The position numbers and the translations under genes are program-made. The notes under the pieces are model-generated. The model had not been told where the DNA came from. It did no database searches and saw only the letters and a program-made list of their open reading frames with translations. 64,000 nt of DNA from Chrysomallon squamiferum (Eukaryota; Animalia; Mollusca), in the NCBI GenBank assembly GCA_012295275.1, contig CM022665.1, positions 28,768,001-28,832,000 on the forward strand, given 5' to 3'. Below, piece by piece: positions 1 through 64,000 of this stretch; the stretch's first letter is position 1; each line of letters begins with the position of its first letter.

Positions 1-2054
1 GCAATATTTAGATGCATTTATTAATATATTCAGCTGTTGCATATTCTTATCTCCAGCATGACTTAATGGCCATGTGATGTGTACATGTATGGTTAATATG
101 CACTAAGCATGCAGTGATAGTATGTTAAATGTTGCTATAATTAAGAACCATGCTGGAATAAATTACAGCAATTAGGAAATTTTAGAAACAATAAAATACA
201 CTAATTTGCATTGTGAAGTTTCTAAGGAATAAAATTATACATAATGCAGCGTAAAATGTTTGAATATAGCTTGTTTTGCTAAGAAAGAACTGTTTTAAAA
301 AAAAATAATATAACAAAAATATATAATAAATGCATTTAAAAAAAAAAAATTTGTAAATAAATTAACAAACATCTGTGCATGTGTGTGTGTGTATGTGTCT
401 GGGTGAAATTATACAAAATTTTTGGACACTTTGTCATTAACTGAAATTAATAATCGCATTATTTTTAGTGATAAAATATTATCAACTTGGCTTTATACAT
501 ACATACATACAACAGAGAGAAAGTATAGAGACCTTTGGGTCTCATTATGTTAAATTCTCATTCTCAAGGTTACAGTCATGTAAATATTGATTATTAAAAG
601 TAATTAAATACTTAAATACTAGAAATTATAATTAACATACATTACCATTGCTTGCATATTGCACAGAACTTGAGGTCACTGTAAACCCGAATTTGTCCAT
701 CATATTCTCTGCAAGTCAAAAAGTTGAAAATAAGTTCTAAACATCTTGTTAAATAACCTGTTTAAAGTTGACCATTGTCCAGCATCCAGCCTTGGACATC
801 ATAGAGGATTCACACTGTGAAGAAAGAAAGAATGTGACAAAATTTGTCTCAAAACAAGTAGCTACACTAACATGTTCTGTATTGCTGGGCTTGTTAAACA
901 AGTTTTTGTTGTGGACTGTAGAGTATTCATTTTGTGATTCACCATCTGTGTATTTACCAAAACTGTGTTCCTAATTACAGAGATAAATTTTATCACATTA
1001 GCTACACATTAAAGAAAACCACTTTATTGGAATTTAATGTTGTATAATTGTGTAAGCAGATAATAGATTTGACTAGAATGTCTCTACATATTTATAATTG
1101 TTTGATGGACAGTAACTGTTATATAATTTTTTTTTTTTTTTTTTTTAATGTGTTTATTTTTTTAAATGAAAGATGGATAATAATTATTTTGATACATTTA
1201 TATAAACAAATTTAGAATGATTAATAAAAAAGGAGCTGAATTATGTTTTTTTGTTTGTTAAATTTATATAGATGTTTCATGTGAAAAATAGATGTTTGCA
1301 GCACGTCATTCAAATCTGTTTTGTATTTCAGTTCTGACATTTTTATAGTCATTTTTACATGTACCTGTCTCTCACCATTTAATTTAAACTGGCTTACTGT
1401 TTGTACATTTTAAACTGCTTCCTCAGGTTAACAAATTGAACTGTTTTGCTTAGATTTATAAATGTGTAATCTGAGTTATCACTGGAATTGTATTATGATA
1501 CAAGAAACCATCATTTATTACTGCAATTGATGTTGAAGATGTCAGTGTTGAAATTGGAAAGATAAAGAAGTGTATTTACATGACAGGTAATGTGTTTTGA
1601 CAGTCAACCTGTACACAGCTATCAAAGCTTGACAATCAGACCGTTTTCTCAAATATTTTATTACACTTCAGCTCTAGAGTGAAGGAGATGTTATCAAAAC
1701 ATTAAAAATTTCAGTTCAGAGGTTCGGAGTATCATCTTCATCTTCTCTTTTTTAAATTCTGTATTTTTCATTTTTTTTGTTATTTGTTTGTTATTATTTT
1801 GACTACATTGTGTAGGCTGCTGTAAGACCTTCATGACCGTGTCCCATGAAGAAGAAAAACAAGCTTATTTCACATACATGTGCACAGTGAAGCCATATGA
1901 ATTGAAAGGTTGGCAGTGACAACTGGTTGGCACACTTGTGCATTTGCCGGATAATACTTAGTCTTTTGACTTACACTTGAATTCACAGAAATATTCAGTT
2001 AGGAATGAGTAACTGTAAAGATGAGGGTCTGTCGAATATTATTTCTTTAGTGAA

Positions 2055-60343
<58,289 letters not shown>

Positions 60344-60466
60344 AACATTTTAAAAAAAAAAAAAATGTAACAAAAAAACAAAGTAACAGATAAATGAAAA
60401 GACAAAATACTCATTTTCAAATGTGATGGATTTTAAAGAACAAAATGATGGTGGTTGCAAACAGTG

Positions 60467-60500
<34 letters not shown>

Positions 60501-60689
60501 TAAAAAGGAATAACCAATGAAATGCAGATGTACATTTCATATTAAACTAAACATTTCACTCCGTTATTTGTAGTGATCTGAATTTCAGCTTGTAGGACTT
60601 ATATGTCCAACTACAGTAGCCCTTACCGTGCTGCATTTAATGTTAATGTTGGCTTATTTTGTGTTCTATTATTTATTTTCTTGTTGTTT

Positions 60690-61630
60690 AGGTGGGGTGA
60701 AGTTTTTTTTTTTTTTTTTTTCTTTATAATCCTTCACCACCACCTACATATTTTGTTATTTGTATCAAATAATATGTAACAAATTTATCAGCTTTACTGA
60801 AACTATGCTTTTCTGTTACTATAATATGCAGATTTTTTTTTAAAGGGGGAGGATAATTTTTTTTTTCTTTATATAAATTCTCCATCACCACCTTTATATT
60901 TGTTATTTATATCAAATATTATACAACACATCAGCTTTACTGAAACTAAGCTTTTCTGTTTGTATAATATACTAGTTTTTTTAAGGGGAGAGGGAAATTG
61001 TTAATTTATTCTTTAATCCTTCTCCATTACCTTCGTTTGTTATTTATATCAAATATTAATCAACACATTCAACCTTACTGAAACTAAACTTTTCTTTTAC
61101 TATAACAATTTCTTGTACATCCCCAATATGCAGTATTTTAAAAGGTGGAGGATGATTTTTTGTTTGTGTTTTTTTTTTTTTTTTTTTTATATATATGTAT
61201 ATATATATAAATCCTTCATCACCACCATCATATTTGTTATTTACATCAATTGTACAACACATCAAGTTTACTGAAACTAAGCTTTTCTGTTACTGTAATA
61301 TGCAGGGGTTTTTTTGTTTTAGGGTGGGGAGGATATTTTTATTATTATTATTATTATTATTGTTTGTTTTATTTGTAAATCTTCCATCACCACCTTCATA
61401 TTTGTTCATTATATCAAATATACAACACATCAGCTTTACTGAAGTTAAACTTTTAATTGGGGGGGGGGAGGATTTTTTTTTTTTTTTTTTAAATTCTTGT
61501 TATCCACCTTTGTTATTTATATCAAATATTAACACATTCATCAGCCTTACTGAAACTAAACTTTTCTTTTACTATACCAATTTCATGTACTTCAGTATTC
61601 AGTATTTTAAAAGGTGGAGGATAATTTCTA
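60690..61630 (+). repeat. Array of about 6 diverged 140-190 bp units just downstream of the stop codon
   Basis: Each unit reads aatcct.c..caccacct..tttgttattt.tatcaaat..acac..atcagctttactgaaactaa.cttttct..aaggtggaggat; units are separated by T-rich tracts. Confidence 0.85.
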
Positions 61631-61740
61631 TTTTGGTTTATTTTTTTTTTTATTATATATATAAATTCATATAAAATTCATTCTTGCAGAACAGTGAAGG
61701 ACATTTTAATCTGTTCTGTAATACTGTAAAAATGATAAGA

Positions 61741-62460
61741 AGGTGGGGTGGAAGATAATTTTCATTATCAAATAAAAAAAATAAAAAATTGTTGAATGGA
61801 AAAGGTCAACAGTTCTGTGAAGATGCCTATTACGGATGCCTACAAAAATCTTTCATTTTTTTTTTTTAAAGAAATAACAAAGAAAAATAAATTTTATGAA
61901 CCATTTATAAGTGCATGTGCAAAAGTCTGTAAATGGGTTGTAGTGTGCTGTAGGTGCTATTCTTATATTCAGATTCATCAGGCTAATTCCCTTTATGGCC
62001 AGTGACACAATTTGTATACCAGTTGAAAAATTTCAGTATATTTGAATTCTAACTTTCCCATTTCAGTATGCATGGACAGTATATTGTTCTATCCTTGTTA
62101 ATTTTAACCAAACCTGGCCTGTATTATGACATTTCTTATTTTTATTCCACTTTGACGTGCTATAGTAAAATTGTGTTTTGTTTTTACTTTTTAAATTCAG
62201 ATTCAAATTCAGATTGATATAAAATTGAATGATCAGCTTGAATGATAATTTCAGTGTGGTGGAAGATAATTTTTGTTATCACTAAGAAAAAACATCTTTG
62301 AATGGAAAAGATTAAGAGTTCTGATGACAATTATGGATGCACATTACACAACCACCACCTCGTATTTTTTTTTTTTTTTTTTATATGTTATGGACAAAGT
62401 GCAGATGCAAATGCAAATGGGTTGTAGGTGTCTGTAGGTGCTATTCTCATATTCAGATTT
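61741..62460 (+). repeat. Diverged direct duplication (about 61741-61980 vs 62255-62460)
   Basis: ggtggaagataatttt..tgaatggaaaag..agttctg..ggatgc..aaatgggttgtag..ctgtaggtgctattct.atattcagatt occurs in both. Confidence 0.75.
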
Positions 62461-64000
62461 GTGTCTACAGATTTTGAAGGAGAGGAGCAATTGATAATTT
62501 ATTGTGTTTGTTTGAGACCCCGATTTGATGACAAATCAAATTTGATTTAAAAATGGACTAGATGTCAAAATGCATTGTTGAATCTAAATTATAATTACAC
62601 CTCTAATTAATTGTCTGTTAACTTAATTGTTGGTTTTACTAATTGTCTAACAGACAATTAGAAGTGACTTGTTTCTTGAAAACATTTTAGAGTTCTGATT
62701 TTTTTTTTTTTTTTTTTAAATGAACATTGTAAAGTTACAAAGCAGACAAAAATGTTACTTGCTTCATGTGTTCTGTACTGTGTTGGTGTTTAGGCTTCTT
62801 ACTTTTCTTTTGTTTCTTTGTTTTGTTTTGTTTGCATTCCATGCACAGCTCAAAGCTTCTTTTCCACAATGTTTTGTTTTTGTGTTGTGAAAATTTGTTC
62901 TGTCTGAGCACTGTAAAATAACGTTTAAAAATCCACTCTACAGAACTTGTACATTTGTATTTTTGCATTAATTGCCTGGACAAAAGTAAATAAAAAGCAA
63001 TTGTAACTTATTCTGTTAAAGCTAAATATATTAAATTAAAAATAAAAATATTGTTTGTTTTTTATTCTTTAAGGAATACCTTTTGTAGAAATAGTGTAGA
63101 TTTACTTTACAGATAGTTCATTCTTTACTAACTTTTTTTTTTTCTTTTTTTTTTTAAATTGTTACTATTATTATTATTATTATTATTATTTGTAACAAAA
63201 TCTCATCTTTACTTGTGCACTACATTATTTGTGGATTCAGACCAGATGATTGCAAATGAATTGTGTTCTGCTAAGATTAATAAATTAATTTACTGCAGAA
63301 TGTTAAAACTGATCATAAATTACGTTTCAGCAATAAAATGTTTTATTAAAACTTTAACGGAGGAACATTTTTGTCAGGATAAAAAACAGAGCAAAATCAA
63401 TTTTGCTCAGAATGATGTAGAAATAGGATGACAGTCTACAGGAGCTGGATTTAATGAATTTGCTTTTGTGTATGGCAAGATTTAAAAAAAGGATAAATAA
63501 TAAAAATAATAATTAAATGTATAAAATAATAAATAAAATTAAACAAGTAAATAAAGTGTGTGTATGTGTGTAAAATAAAAGCACTCTGTCTGGCATTTAA
63601 AATGTAAAATACTATTAACAGTTTTAGGGTATTCTCGAGACAGGTTTTGTTGTTTTCATAAATTTGTTCAAAAGTGAAAGCCAGATTTTAGCTTTATTTC
63701 ATATTTTGATTCACAGGTTTTACCAACATAAGTTGCATTTTCTTTTTTTCCCCCAACATTATAGATACAAAAACAATAAACTGTATAATTCACTGTCGCC
63801 CATGGTGTGCACCTCTACACACTTTTTAATATAACCAAATTTGACAAATTTGGAGTGAAACGATAAAATTATAAACCTGTATTTAGACAATTATTAATAC
63901 CTCCACAGTACCTTTATTTGATAAAAATAACATTTTAAACCATGATTAACAACTCGTGTATTTTTCAAATACTTTTATTCCATTTTATTGTCAACAACAC

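Noticed and set aside
60690-61630. CRISPR-like interpretation of the repeat array
   Set aside because: Eukaryotic context, long diverged units, low-complexity T-rich spacers and no cas genes.
62980-63790. Several AATAAA hexamers as the gene's poly(A) signal
   Set aside because: AATAAA is too frequent in this AT-rich DNA to pick the functional one without transcript data.

Overview
This is AT-rich, CpG-poor animal genomic DNA, rich in poly(A/T) tracts and (CA)n/(AAT)n microsatellites; it looks invertebrate and possibly molluscan, which is an inference. Almost the whole window is one + strand gene, a CEP170-family (centrosomal protein 170 kDa) homologue. I assembled a 16-exon model by hand from 2055 to 60343 with consistent splice phases: 4464 nt, about 1487 aa. 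It has an N-terminal FHA domain, the CEP170 motifs PLYGQPxWWG, SEAGTYTIE, WxSQWAxLA and DTExLLxDT, and C-terminal helices. The intron right after the FHA domain (34738-35118) is a minor-spliceosome U12-type AT-AC intron. There are also candidate alternative first exons, a candidate poison exon, and a candidate alternative last exon plus internal promoter that could split the gene in two. The introns carry several MITE/palindromic elements, one with a perfect 8-bp target-site duplication, and an array of inverted-repeat units follows the stop codon. Most ORFs in the supplied track are microsatellite or AT-rich noise. I see no prokaryotic-type system (CRISPR, operon, prophage) and no tRNA or rRNA genes.
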